From positions 28,136 to 92,135 of IMG/VR virus record IMGVR_UViG_2825563536_000001: 64,000 nucleotides of DNA; one strand, given 5' to 3'. This stretch comes from a virus. Taxonomy: Duplodnaviria > Caudoviricetes. This document shows positions 29,324 through 39,077 of this stretch, in pieces. The first letter of the stretch is position 1, and every line of letters starts with the position of its first letter. The notes beneath the pieces were generated by a model. That model had not been told where the DNA came from and ran no database searches. It saw only the letters and a program-made list of their open reading frames with translations. The position numbers were made by a program, and so were the translations under genes.

Positions 29324-30070
29324 CTAGGCGGTCAGCGCGCGGCGGCCGTTCAGGGCGGTGTCGCCGACGTTCGCGCGGTTGCCCGCCTCCTTGCCTGCGT
29401 CGCCCGCGCCGGGGTCGTAGCCGCCCCGGTAGCGGTTCGAGATAACGCGGGTGCGAGGCCCGAGCAGGTCGGCGCGGAGCTGCTCATTCGCCCGCTTCGC
29501 CTCGTCGACGAGCACGAGCGCAGCGCCCGGCCCGGCCGCTTCGGTCGCCTGCGTTTCGGCCTGGCCGAGCCGCTCGGAGATCGTCTGGTAGAAGCCGAGC
29601 ATCCAGGAGCGGCGGAAGGTCGCCGTGGCGGTGCGCGACCCGGCGGGCGGCTTCACGCGGGAGGCCCCGACGAGCATCTGCGAGTTGAGCATCGAGAACA
29701 GCACCCGCACCCGGTCGACGTTCAGCTCGGTCCCGTACAGGTAGTCCGTCGCGTCGGGGCTGCTGAACGTGCCACCGGCGGTGATCGCGGAGCAGTGCAG
29801 CGATTCCGCGATCATCTGCAGGAGCGACCGCTGCACGGTGAGGTACTTGCCGCTCAGGTTGAACGTCGTGTGCACGATCGGGGCGGGGCCGTCGCTGTCG
29901 CGGCGCAGGGCCTCCGCTTCGTCGATGCCGTACTTCGCCAGCAGCGCGATCGCCTTCTCGTTGAACACGTCGGCTTCCGGGGTTCCGGCGACGTCCTGGG
30001 CCTTGCGGAACAGGCCGCGGATCGTTTCGAGCTTCTTGGCGCGGCGCTCGGCGGTGATGTTGTCAGTCAT
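29324..30070 (-). CDS. DUF2786-family protein (cassette gene)
   Basis: LETIRGLFRKAQ...TPEADVFNEKAIALLAKYGIDEA; FRRSWMLGF; G..AG.RANVG. Confidence 0.8.
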   Translation of the reverse strand: MTDNITAERRAKKLETIRGLFRKAQDVAGTPEADVFNEKAIALLAKYGIDEAEALRRDSDGPAPIVHTTFNLSGKYLTVQRSLLQMIAESLHCSAITAGGTFSSPDATDYLYGTELNVDRVRVLFSMLNSQMLVGASRVKPPAGSRTATATFRRSWMLGFYQTISERLGQAETQATEAAGPGAALVLVDEAKRANEQLRADLLGPRTRVISNRYRGGYDPGAGDAGKEAGNRANVGDTALNGRRALTA

Positions 30071-30198
30071 GTGAGCTGACCTTTCTGTCGTGGTAGGGGC
30101 TGCCCGGCCTGTCGGCCTGACGGGTTGAACTTTACGTCATATCCTGTGCCTAGTGCAAACCGGGGGTGGTTCGCCCTGACCAGGGAGTGAAGGGGGGT

Positions 30199-30229
30199 GC
30201 CCCCGGCCGCGTGCCCTGCGGCCGGGGGC
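30199..30229 (-). terminator. repeated terminator hairpin with AGGGCAC loop
   Basis: GCCCCCGGCCGC-loop-GCGGCCGGGGGC just after stop. Confidence 0.7.
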
Positions 30230-30235
30230 GGTGAG

Positions 30236-30457
30236 CTAGCCGAGCAGGCAAATCTCACCGGGCGGGTTCGGGGTGGTGCCGGTGCAGCAACCGGTGCAGT
30301 AGCACTGGGTGCGGCGGTCGTGCAGGCACTTCACGCCGGGCGGGTTGTCGTGCAGGCCCTGCGAGAGGCAGTTGATGCAACCGCACTCGCGATCGGGTCC
30401 GTGCTCGACGTTCTCGAAGAACTCCCAGTCCTGCGCGGAGAAACCCTGGACGCGCAT
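30236..30457 (-). CDS. small Cys-rich cassette gene
   Basis: GAAGGGAG RBS; ECGCINC, KCLH, QCYCTGCC. Confidence 0.6.
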   Translation of the reverse strand: MRVQGFSAQDWEFFENVEHGPDRECGCINCLSQGLHDNPPGVKCLHDRRTQCYCTGCCTGTTPNPPGEICLLG

Positions 30458-30776
30458 GTTGCGCTCCCTTCACTCTGTTGACTTGTACTGCCTGCCAGGC
30501 CCGGTCGGCCTGACATGAAGAACATTACGTCACAAACAACCCCTTGTGCAAACCCGCAGGCCAGGGGTCATAAATTGCCTCATGTCCACGTCGGGCGGCC
30601 GCGGTCGCGCGGTGCAGGCGCCCCGCCCCGGTGATCGGGCCACGCTGCGCGCCGAACCGGGACGCCCGCGCCCGATGTAGCCGGGACACCCCTTCGGGCG
30701 CCCAGTGGGCAGCCAGGCCCCAGGAACGCGGAAACCCCAGCTCGTAGCGAACTGGGGTCTCGGCCGGGCGACGGGG

Positions 30777-31100
30777 TCAGGCGCGTGGGCGCACCTCGAA
30801 CCCGAGCGCGTCCGCGAGTAGGCGCATCAGGGCCTCGGCGGTCGGGTACGGCGTCGACAGTGTCGCGTGCCCGACGGCGCGCGCGTGCCCCACCTGATCG
30901 GTGCACTCGCACTCCCCTGCGTCGACGCCGATGCCGGTCAGTGGGCGGCCGTCGACGATCGACTCGTCCAGCTGCCACCCGGTCCCGGCCTCGTTCACGT
31001 GCACGAAGACCTGCAGGACGTCGTCGACCCGGTGCCACCGGTCCGACCCAAGCTGCGCGGCCGGGCGGTCTTCCGCCGGCGTCGCAGAGCAAGCGATCAT
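30777..31100 (-). CDS. hypothetical protein
   Basis: GAGGGAGG upstream of MIACSA; hairpin 30731-30760 downstream; start uncertain. Confidence 0.5.
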   Translation of the reverse strand: MIACSATPAEDRPAAQLGSDRWHRVDDVLQVFVHVNEAGTGWQLDESIVDGRPLTGIGVDAGECECTDQVGHARAVGHATLSTPYPTAEALMRLLADALGFEVRPRA

Positions 31101-31309
31101 CCCCGCTGCCTCCCTCGTGTGTCGCGGCTGCTGAACCGCGGTTGAACAGTAGTCCGGGTTGACTTGTGCGCATCGCCGTGTCAGCGAAATGACCGCCAAC
31201 CTCTCGGTTTGTCTAGGGGTAGTTTCCTGCGTATTGTTCATGGTGTTCGGCCGACCGGCCGGGCGCCCCGCGGGGGGCATCCCCGCACAACCCGAAAGGG
31301 GTGGTCAAC

Positions 31310-31591
31310 ATGACCGCAACGTTCAACCTCGTCACCGCCGATGAGGCGGACTTCGCCGCCCTGCGCGAGCAGGCGGACGCGGACCAGGCCGAGCTGGTGC
31401 GCATCGGCGCCGAGGGCACCGACGCCGAGGTGCGCGCCGCACGGCTCCCCGAGTCGGTCGCGACCCTCGCGGTTGCGCTGGATTCGTCCCGCCCGGCGGC
31501 GGCGATCCGGCGTGAGCTGGACGACCGCCTCGAGCTGTCGAAGCTCGTCACCCTGCTGCGCCGCAGCGGGGAACTCGACGGGATCGCGTAG
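31310..31591 (+). CDS. cassette gene, hypothetical
   Basis: class-A promoter 31209, RBS. Confidence 0.65.
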   Translation: MTATFNLVTADEADFAALREQADADQAELVRIGAEGTDAEVRAARLPESVATLAVALDSSRPAAAIRRELDDRLELSKLVTLLRRSGELDGIA

Positions 31592-31741
31592 GCGATCGGG
31601 GGCGTCCCGAGGGTGCCGGGACGCCCCCCACCGGGGGTAGCAAACAACCCCCAGCCTGCAGGTTTGTCCCAGGGTCATATACGGCCTACAGTTCATCACG
31701 TCGGGCAACAGCGCCCGACACTCACAGCAAGGAGTCAGCAA

Positions 31742-32170
31742 ATGACCGCCCCTACCACCGCCGCCCAGCTCGCCACCGCCACCGAGGGGCGCGCTGCCGA
31801 GGTCCGCGCCGCCCACGCCCGCGCGATCGTGGAGCCGTACGTCGACCCGCTCGTGACCCTGTTCTCGGACCGCTACGACGCCGAGCTGACCGCCCTGACC
31901 GAGCGCGGCGGCATGGCGGGCATCCGCTGCACCGGCGGGAACTTCCTCGCGATCGAGGGCACCGCCGGGCTGTCGCCGGATAACCGCGTGATGTTCTTCC
32001 TCGCCACCAACACGATCGAGGGCGGCCTCGCCGACACCCCCGACGAGGGCAACGGGTGGGCCGTCGGTCTGTACGACGCCGACACGGACGAGATGCTGGC
32101 GCACGGCGACGACGCCGACATCACGGTCGCGCACTCGGCGGCGTTCGCGCGCCTTCGCGGCCGCAAGTAG
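31742..32170 (+). CDS. cassette gene, acidic hypothetical
   Basis: AAGGAG RBS, promoter 31664, terminator 32181-32217. Confidence 0.7.
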   Translation: MTAPTTAAQLATATEGRAAEVRAAHARAIVEPYVDPLVTLFSDRYDAELTALTERGGMAGIRCTGGNFLAIEGTAGLSPDNRVMFFLATNTIEGGLADTPDEGNGWAVGLYDADTDEMLAHGDDADITVAHSAAFARLRGRK

Positions 32171-32360
32171 AAGCCCGACCGGAAAGGCCCCGACGCACCG
32201 CGCGCCGGGGCCTTTCCCGTGTTCGAACCATAGGCGGTTTATGACCCCTGGCCTCTTGGTTTGTCAAGGGGTTGTTTCTGACCTACAGTTCTTCATGTCA
32301 GGCCGACAGGGCCTGGCCCCCGGCGGGGGGTTCCCGCCCCAGTCCCCACAGGAGGACGAC

Positions 32361-32633
32361 ATGCTCGCAACCATCACCCGCAAGGCACGCTTCGCCGATG
32401 CCGAGCGTTACTCCGCGGCCGTCGCCGACGCCGACCTCGCGGACCAGCTCGCTCAGCTCGTCGAGGGCTACTGGCACTTCCAGGCCCGCCTCGACGCCCT
32501 GCAGGGTCCGGCCGGAAAGGCGCTCCCGTGGCGCACTCGCCGCCGCCACATCCGGGCGGCCCGGTTCGTCGCGGAGACGACCTACGCGCGGGCTGCGGTG
32601 CTCAGCGACCGCATCGCGAAGCTGATCTACTGA
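32361..32633 (+). CDS. cassette gene, hypothetical
   Basis: AGGAGG RBS, promoter 32261. Confidence 0.7.
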   Translation: MLATITRKARFADAERYSAAVADADLADQLAQLVEGYWHFQARLDALQGPAGKALPWRTRRRHIRAARFVAETTYARAAVLSDRIAKLIY

Positions 32634-32649
32634 CAGCCGAGCAACACAC

Positions 32650-32686
32650 GAACCCCCCGACCACAGGGCACGCGGTCGGGGGGTTC
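32650..32686 (+). terminator. repeated terminator hairpin with AGGGCAC loop
   Basis: GAACCCCCCGACC...GGTCGGGGGGTTC. Confidence 0.7.
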
Positions 32687-32714
32687 CCCATATTCGCTGG
32701 GGGTTCACTGCGAG

Positions 32715-33180
32715 GCGCGGCGCGGTGCGGCGGCTGCGGTGCGGCGCGCCCGTCCGCCCGGTGGGCCGTGGGGGGCGGCGATCGCCCGGTGCCGCGGGTG
32801 CCGCGGGTGCCGCGCGGCGTGCGGCGGGGGTGCGGCGCCAGTTCCCCACCAGCCGGACCGGGGTGCGGCACCGGTGCGGCGGGGCCGACGCCGGCGGGCC
32901 GGGTCCACACGTGGGGAGCTGGGGCTGAGTTCCGGGTGCGGCGGGGTGCGGCATGGCTGTGACCTGCGGTTGCCGCACGTGCCGCAGTCTGCGCCGCAGG
33001 CGCGGCGGCTGGGTGCCGCAGGCGCGGCGAGGGTGCGGCACCGGTGCGGCGGGCGGGGTGCGGCGCCCTGCAAGACGGTGCGGCACCGGTGCGGCGGCGA
33101 TCGCGAGGGGCGACGGCCGACCGGGGCGCCGCGCGGCGTGCGGCGGGGCGCGGCGGCGGTGCGGCGGGGTGCGGCACGAG
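32715..33180. repeat. non-coding block 1 of GTGC(G/C)GC(A/G)C repeats
   Basis: about 22 TGCSGC copies by hand count; TGACCTGCGGTTGCCGCAC at 32960. Confidence 0.85.
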
Positions 33181-33305
33181 GGGCAATATCCGGCCCAACC
33201 TGCACGGTTGCCCCCGATTTGCACAAGGGGTCGTGTCGTGCGTATAGTTCATCTCGTCAGGCCGACCGGCCGAGACGCCCCTACCGCAACAGAAAGCAGG
33301 CCGAC

Positions 33306-33716
33306 ATGATCTCCGACAGCAAGACCGAGGCCCCGACGATCACCGGCGAGATGGTCCGGTACGCGTACAGCTGCGCCGGCGGCGCCGCCCGCGTCACGCT
33401 CCCGCAGGTGACCCAGCGCCTGCACGGCTTCCCGGTTCGCTACACCCTGTCGATTGACCAGACCTACGCCTACCAGTCGTCCTTCGCCGTCGAAGTGTTC
33501 TCCCTGTCGACGAAGTCGTGGGGCGAGCTGTGGACCCTTCCCGGCAAGGACTTCGCGCCGTCGATCCTGGGGGCCGACAAGCCCACCGGGCAGATCGGCC
33601 TGCAGCTCGCCCCGACCCCCGCCTCCCGCGGAGGGACCGACTACGAGGCGATCGCGCGGTCGTGGCAGCAGGTGTTCAACCGGCTGTTCGAACACGCGGA
33701 GTTCGTGCTCCGGTAG
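33306..33716 (+). CDS. cassette gene, hypothetical
   Basis: promoter 33219, CCCCTACC, RBS. Confidence 0.7.
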   Translation: MISDSKTEAPTITGEMVRYAYSCAGGAARVTLPQVTQRLHGFPVRYTLSIDQTYAYQSSFAVEVFSLSTKSWGELWTLPGKDFAPSILGADKPTGQIGLQLAPTPASRGGTDYEAIARSWQQVFNRLFEHAEFVLR

Positions 33717-33864
33717 TGAGCGCGGGGGCGGGGTCGCGAGGCCCCGCCCTCGAAGGGTCGTTTATGACCCCCGACCTCTCGGTTTGTCAAGGGGTCGTTT
33801 CCTGTGTAATGTTCTTCATGTCGGGCAGCCCGCCCGGCGCCCCTACCGCCCCCTTGGAGGAATC

Positions 33865-34203
33865 ATGCCGAAGCCGACCACGATCACCGTCGAACTCCCG
33901 GTCTGCGTCACCATCGCCAACTCGATCGCCGCCGCCGGGCGCGTCGCCCGCCGCACCGCCCGCGACCTCGAGCGCAACGCCCGGCAGGCAATCGAAGACC
34001 TCGAACGCGGGATTCTGCCGCGCGACGCGGACAACGGCCGCCTGACCGAGGAGTACGCGGGGGCTATCGAGAACCTCTCCCAGCTCTCGATCCTCGCCCG
34101 CTCGGTGAACCTGCCCGAGACCCACGTCGACGCCCTGATCCGGGACAACGCCGACGACTGGTTCCGGTACGTCCTCGCCGACGGGACCGAGGTTCACGGG
34201 TAG
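33865..34203 (+). CDS. cassette gene, hypothetical
   Basis: promoter 33784, CCCCTACC, GGAGG RBS. Confidence 0.7.
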   Translation: MPKPTTITVELPVCVTIANSIAAAGRVARRTARDLERNARQAIEDLERGILPRDADNGRLTEEYAGAIENLSQLSILARSVNLPETHVDALIRDNADDWFRYVLADGTEVHG

Positions 34204-34539
34204 CAAGCAACCGGTCCGCAACCGGACCTGACGCCCCACCAGACGGCCGCGTGCACCCCCGCCGGGACACGCGGCCGTTGCCGTACGCGCGGGGAGCCTG
34301 GTGGGCGCCTGGGGGTGGGCCGCCGACGAGGCGGCGGGGCATCGGCCGGCAGGCGGACGCCAGCGGACCACCAGGGCCACCACGGGGCCGCGCTCGGGCG
34401 TCGACCCGGTCGAGCTACACGCGGACGGCCAGTGGGGACTGGGGCCTCGACAACGCAGAAGGCCCGCCCCTCGGGTGAGGGGCGGGCCTATGATGAGCGG
34501 GCGTCGGGGGGCGGCACCCACGCCCCCCGCCGCACCTGC

Positions 34540-34698
34540 CTACCGGGCGGACTCGATCTGCGCTTCGGTCGCGCCGAGGTTGCGAGCTTCGGCCTCCCAG
34601 GCGGCGAGCGCACCGGCGACGGCCGGGTCGGTCTTCGCGCGGGCGACCATCGCGAGGGCGCGGGTCAGGCGGTAGGTGGTAGGGGCGGTGTTCGACAT
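34540..34698 (-). CDS. cassette gene, small hypothetical
   Basis: GGAGG RBS, promoter 34791(-), hairpin 34457-34488 downstream. Confidence 0.6.
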   Translation of the reverse strand: MSNTAPTTYRLTRALAMVARAKTDPAVAGALAAWEAEARNLGATEAQIESAR

Positions 34699-34840
34699 GC
34701 CGTCCTCCGTAGGACTCGGGCGGGAACCCCCCGCCGGGGTGTCGGGCCGGTCGGCCTGACATGACCAACTATAGGTCATTACCTACCCCTAGACAACCCT
34801 GCAGGCCAGGGTCATAAACTGCCCCCAGTTGGGGGTACGG

Positions 34841-34877
34841 GAACACCCCGGCCGCGTGCCCTGCGGCCGGGGTGTTC
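34841..34877 (-). terminator. repeated terminator hairpin with AGGGCAC loop
   Basis: GAACACCCCGGCCGC...GCGGCCGGGGTGTTC. Confidence 0.75.
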
Positions 34878-34884
34878 GCGTCGA

Positions 34885-35244
34885 CTAGTACCAGCGCCAG
34901 ACGCTCGGCGCGTCGCCGTACTGCGGCAGCACGTCGACGAACTTCGCGGCGACGAGGCCGTCCGGGCGGGCCTCGATCGCGCATCCGGTCGACAGAGTCG
35001 CCACGAAGTGCAGGAACTCGACGTCCAGCGCGTCGGCCTGGTCCGCCGCGAGCGCCGCGACGAACACCGGCACGTCGGAGGCGTGTTCGGCGACGAGCAG
35101 CAGGCAGTTCTGCCCGTCCTCGCGGATGCCGGTCTCGACGGCGAGCCGGGCGTCCCGCATCGACCGCGACATCGCGAGGGCGGTGTCGGCGGCGTCGGCG
35201 GCCGCCTCGAGGGCCGAGGTGGCGATGTGGAGGCTGTAGGTCAT
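34885..35244 (-). CDS. cassette gene, acidic hypothetical
   Basis: GAAGG RBS, promoter 35320(-). Confidence 0.65.
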   Translation of the reverse strand: MTYSLHIATSALEAAADAADTALAMSRSMRDARLAVETGIREDGQNCLLLVAEHASDVPVFVAALAADQADALDVEFLHFVATLSTGCAIEARPDGLVAAKFVDVLPQYGDAPSVWRWY

Positions 35245-35531
35245 GTGGTGCACCTTCGTTCGAAGTGTGTCGAAGCCGGTCGGCCTGACGAGATGAACAT
35301 TACGTCATATCCGACCCCTTGACAAATCACCTGACCAGGGGTTGCAACCGACCCCTTTAGGGTGGCGCCGCCCGCCGGTAGCGCGGCCCGTTTCGATGCG
35401 CCAACAAGGGGCAGAATCAGACCCCAGCCTCGCGGTTTGTCAAGGGGTCGTTTCCTGCGTATCGTTCACTCGGTCAGGCCGGGCCGCAGGTGTCGGCCGC
35501 CGGCAACCGAGACCCCACCACGGAGGAAGTC

Positions 35532-35798
35532 ATGCACGAAGGAACCCGCCCGACCCCGGCCGAGTTCGAGGCCACCAACTCGCGGGGCCTGTTCGCGAAC
35601 CTCGACCGCGCGACGTCGACGAAGTGCGCTTACGAGGCGTCCGGGTACACCGCCCGCGCTCGCGTCGTCGGCGCCGAGATCGAGGTGAAGGTCACCGACG
35701 GCGAGGGCAATCAGCTCATGCACGTGCTGTGGCCCTATCGGGGGCAGCCGTACGCCTACGCCCGCACGCTCGACGCGATGCTTCGGCACTGGGCCTGA
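35532..35798 (+). CDS. cassette gene, hypothetical
   Basis: GGAGG RBS, promoter 35437. Confidence 0.65.
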   Translation: MHEGTRPTPAEFEATNSRGLFANLDRATSTKCAYEASGYTARARVVGAEIEVKVTDGEGNQLMHVLWPYRGQPYAYARTLDAMLRHWA

Positions 35799-35974
35799 CG
35801 GTCGACCGGCAAGGCGCGCGCCTGGATTGCACCGAAACAAGGGGTAGAAACTGACCCCACGCTGCGGAGTTGTCAAGGGGTCGTTTCCTGTGTAATGTTC
35901 TTCATGTCAGGCCGACCGGCCCGACACCCCCGCCGGGGGCTGCCACCCCCGGCACAACCCGAAGGGAGCGCACG

Positions 35975-36154
35975 ATGGGCGCAGAAAGCCTCAGCAACGA
36001 GGGCCTGGCCGAACGGCTCGCAAAGACCAAGCGTCAGCGCGAGCGGCTGGTCCTCGAGGGTCGGTTCCGCACCGACTCGGACCGCCGCCTCATGGAGGTC
36101 TGCTGCAGGGCGATCGACGAGCTGACCGGCGAGACCCGCCGCCGCAGCGAGTAG
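35975..36154 (+). CDS. cassette gene, small hypothetical
   Basis: GAAGGGAG RBS, promoter 35870, terminator 36163-36196. Confidence 0.65.
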   Translation: MGAESLSNEGLAERLAKTKRQRERLVLEGRFRTDSDRRLMEVCCRAIDELTGETRRRSE

Positions 36155-36214
36155 CCCCGAAGCGAAGCCCCGCCCCTCACGAAGGGGCGGGGCTTCCCCC
36201 GTTTCAGGGGCTGA

Positions 36215-36410
36215 CGCACCACGTGCGGCGCGGGGTGCCGCAGGGTGCGGCACAGGGTGCGGCACGCGGCCCCGGTCCGGCTGGTGGTCCACTGGGGTCC
36301 GCGGCGGTGCGGCGCGGGTGCCGCACCCCCTGACCTGCGGCTGCCGCACCTGCCGCAGCCGACGCCGCACCGGCTGCCGCACCGCGCCGCAGTGCCGCAG
36401 TGCCGCATAC
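36215..36410. repeat. non-coding block 2 of GTGCSGCRC repeats
   Basis: about 12 TGCSGC copies; TGACCTGCGGCTGCCGCAC at 36331. Confidence 0.85.
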
Positions 36411-36512
36411 GACCCCCGATCTGCGGAGTTGCACCAGGGGTCGTGTCATGCGTATAGTTCACCCCGTCAGGCCGACCGGCTCGACGCCCCACACGACAGC
36501 AAGGAGCCGATC

Positions 36513-36737
36513 ATGGCATGGGACTTCCAGGACGTACTGCTCGGCGCAGCGGAGGCCGAGGTGCCCCGCCTCGAGCGCGAGTTGCAGGACAAGTTCGCTG
36601 CACTGCGCAAGTGCACCACCCCGGACGCCGTCGAGCGCGTCGCCCGCGAACTGCGCCGGGTCGCCGACGGCCTCGCGACCGCGCACACGCACCGCGTGAC
36701 CGCAGCCGCACACATCGCGGCCCGCGACGGCGCGTAG
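36513..36737 (+). CDS. cassette gene, helical hypothetical
   Basis: AAGGAG RBS, promoter 36429. Confidence 0.65.
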   Translation: MAWDFQDVLLGAAEAEVPRLERELQDKFAALRKCTTPDAVERVARELRRVADGLATAHTHRVTAAAHIAARDGA

Positions 36738-36750
36738 CCCCGACACATGG

Positions 36751-36783
36751 ACCCCCCGACCGCAGGGCACGCGGTCGGGGGGT
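36751..36783 (+). terminator. repeated terminator hairpin with AGGGCAC loop
   Basis: ACCCCCCGACCGC-AGGGCAC-GCGGTCGGGGGGT. Confidence 0.75.
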
Positions 36784-36998
36784 TCTGTCGTTCGCGGAGT
36801 CCCAGCTCCCCACCAGCCCGCGTGGCGCAGCTCGACCAGGCGCGGGTAGGCGGGCGGGCCGATCGTCCGCCCAGTGGGTACCCAGGCCCCCGCCGGCGGA
36901 AAACCTGGATTGACCTGCAGAAACCGTTGACCTCAAGAGGTCTATGTCGTATAGTTGAAGGCATGTCGCCGCAGGTCAAAGCCCAAAAGGAGGCCCCG

Positions 36999-37271
36999 AT
37001 GCGCGCACCGGTCGACAGCCTGGTCCGGTCGGTCGCGATCGCGGCACGCGGGGGAGACGTGCGCGTCGTGTGCGTCGACCGGTACGTCGTGCGCGCCTTC
37101 GGTCGCCCGCCCGCGATCGAGCACGCGGTGACCGTGTGCGACGGCGACGGGAACCCGATCGGCTCGCACGTGCGGCGGTGCCCGGCCGAGCTGGACGCCC
37201 TTGAGTACGCGCGGGCGGTGTGGCGCGAGCTGCGCGCGACGGCCGACGGGCAGCCTTGGTTTCGGGCGTAA
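36999..37271 (+). CDS. cassette gene, hypothetical
   Basis: AAGGAGG RBS; TTGACC-17-TATAGT promoter; alternative in-frame leaderless ATG at 36963. Confidence 0.65.
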   Translation: MRAPVDSLVRSVAIAARGGDVRVVCVDRYVVRAFGRPPAIEHAVTVCDGDGNPIGSHVRRCPAELDALEYARAVWRELRATADGQPWFRA

Positions 37272-37376
37272 AGGAGTCCCAGCCTGCAGAGTTGCACTAG
37301 GGGTCATTACCTGTGTAATGTTCATCATGTCAGGGCAGCAGCCCCGACGCCCCTACCGCAACAGAAAGGCCCCGAC

Positions 37377-37586
37377 ATGGCCTCCGTAATCGTCGTCCGC
37401 GCCGCCGGCGTCGGCTCTCCCGAGCGCGTCCTCGCCACCACCTTCGGCGAGACCAGCCGCGAGACCGTCGCCCGCCACTTCCCCGGCGCGATCTTCGACA
37501 GCGAGGGCGGGTTCGACCTGCCCGACACCGCCGAGAACGGCATCGGCGGCGGCTACGTGTTCGACTGCGTCCGCGTCGACGAGTAG
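37377..37586 (+). CDS. cassette gene, small hypothetical
   Basis: promoter 37292, CCCCTACC, GAAAGG RBS. Confidence 0.65.
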   Translation: MASVIVVRAAGVGSPERVLATTFGETSRETVARHFPGAIFDSEGGFDLPDTAENGIGGGYVFDCVRVDE

Positions 37587-37661
37587 CCCCGACCGGTCGG
37601 GGCCGTCGCGATCGGCGGCCCCGGCACTGCGCCCCTACCGCAACCCCGAGAGGAACCCGTC

Positions 37662-37970
37662 ATGCCTGAAATCGAAATCCCCGCGAAGTACATCCGCATC
37701 ATCGTCGAGGCCGCCGCGGACCTTCACGAGGCCGCCACCGTCCGCGACCGGACCCGCCATGCGGACATCCTCGCCGCTGTCGCCGAGTCCGGGTGCGCGT
37801 TCACCGGCGTGCCCCTGCCGAGCTTGCTCTCCGGCCCCGCCCACGAACTGGTTGCCGAGCGGCCCCGGCCGTCGTTCCTCACCTCCACCGTGATCCAGCG
37901 GCGCGAGTGGGAGACCGGCCTCGAGGCCGACTACCGCTCCCGCCTCGAGGCCGCCCTCGCCGCAGTCTGA
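37662..37970 (+). CDS. hypothetical protein
   Basis: CCCCTACC 37632, GAGGA RBS. Confidence 0.65.
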   Translation: MPEIEIPAKYIRIIVEAAADLHEAATVRDRTRHADILAAVAESGCAFTGVPLPSLLSGPAHELVAERPRPSFLTSTVIQRREWETGLEADYRSRLEAALAAV

Positions 37971-37974
37971 CCCA

Positions 37975-38125
37975 CCCCCTGCCGCACCCCCTGCCGCACC
38001 CTGCGGCGGGGGGTGCTGTCGTTGTGCGGCGCGAGTGCGGCGCGGGTGCGGCACGAGAGTGCGGCACCCGGAATGACCTGCGCGGCAGCACGCCGCAGCT
38101 GGTGCGGCACAGGTGCCGCAGTAGG
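37975..38125. repeat. non-coding block 3 of GTGCSGCRC repeats
   Basis: about 9 TGCSGC copies; TGACCTGCG at 38074. Confidence 0.8.
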
Positions 38126-38237
38126 GGCAGTTTATGACCCCCAGCCTGCGGGTTTGTCAAGGCGTCGTAAATGACCTATCGTTCTTCATGTCAAGCCGAC
38201 CGGGCCTGGCGCCCTTGCCGCACCGAAGGAACCCGAC

Positions 38238-39077
38238 ATGCCGAAGCTCACCGCCGCACAGTCCGCCGCACTCGACATCATCAACCGCGACGGCGCCCTG
38301 TACGCCGGCAACAAGGTCAGCATCAAGACGGTGCGAGTCCTCGAACGACTCGGCCTGGCCACCGTCGAGGCGAAGGTCGCATGGACCAACCCGACGATGA
38401 ACGCCCGCGCTCGCGGCGCCTACCCCAAGCCCTACCTCGACTGGGTCGCGAAGCGCGTCGAGGCCCCCGCCGGCGAGGCCACCGCCGAGCAGCCCGCCCA
38501 GGACGCCCAGGCGGATCGAGATATGGGCACCATCCACGACCGCGTCGTCAAGGTCGCCAGCGCCGCACCTGCCGATCAGGTCAAGGCCGCCTACCTCGCC
38601 GCCCTCGCAGCTATCGACACCCCGAACGCTCGAGCACGGGCCGCGCGGACCCGCAAGGCTGAGCGCCTGCTCGCCGAGCTGCTGGGTGACCTGTTCGAGA
38701 AGCGCCGCTACCTCGCCGCCTACGTCCGCGCCCTCGACGGCGTCATCTATGGCGATGACGAGCCCACCCAGGACGCCCAGGCGGACCACACCCCGGACCC
38801 CGCCGCCGCAACCTCCGAGTGGGCCACCGAGGAGTCCACGGAGGAGCTGGACGCCTGCGAGGCCCGCGCCATGCACACCCTGCAGATCGGCGGGTACCGG
38901 GCGAAGGTCGTCGAGTTCACGTGGGACACCGGCGCGCGGCTGCTGATCTGGCACGAGGACCACGGCCGGGTGCCGCTCGCCGACGACGACGCCGACGGGT
39001 TCGGGGTCCGGTTCGACAGCCTCGACGAAGCGCAGGACGCCGCGGGGGCGACGCTGTACGACCTCGTGCCGATGTAG
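38238..39077 (+). CDS. cassette gene, multi-domain hypothetical (N-terminal wHTH-like)
   Basis: promoter 38154; KLTAAQ...TVRVLERLGLA; internal 25-bp direct repeat. Confidence 0.7.
   Translation: MPKLTAAQSAALDIINRDGALYAGNKVSIKTVRVLERLGLATVEAKVAWTNPTMNARARGAYPKPYLDWVAKRVEAPAGEATAEQPAQDAQADRDMGTIHDRVVKVASAAPADQVKAAYLAALAAIDTPNARARAARTRKAERLLAELLGDLFEKRRYLAAYVRALDGVIYGDDEPTQDAQADHTPDPAAATSEWATEESTEELDACEARAMHTLQIGGYRAKVVEFTWDTGARLLIWHEDHGRVPLADDDADGFGVRFDSLDEAQDAAGATLYDLVPM

Noticed and set aside
32298-33252. Arg/Ala/Pro-rich ORFs over the GTGCSGCAC blocks (also 36204-36457, 39389-39970)
   Set aside because: Low-complexity translations of the DNA repeat in all frames, with no RBS or codon signature
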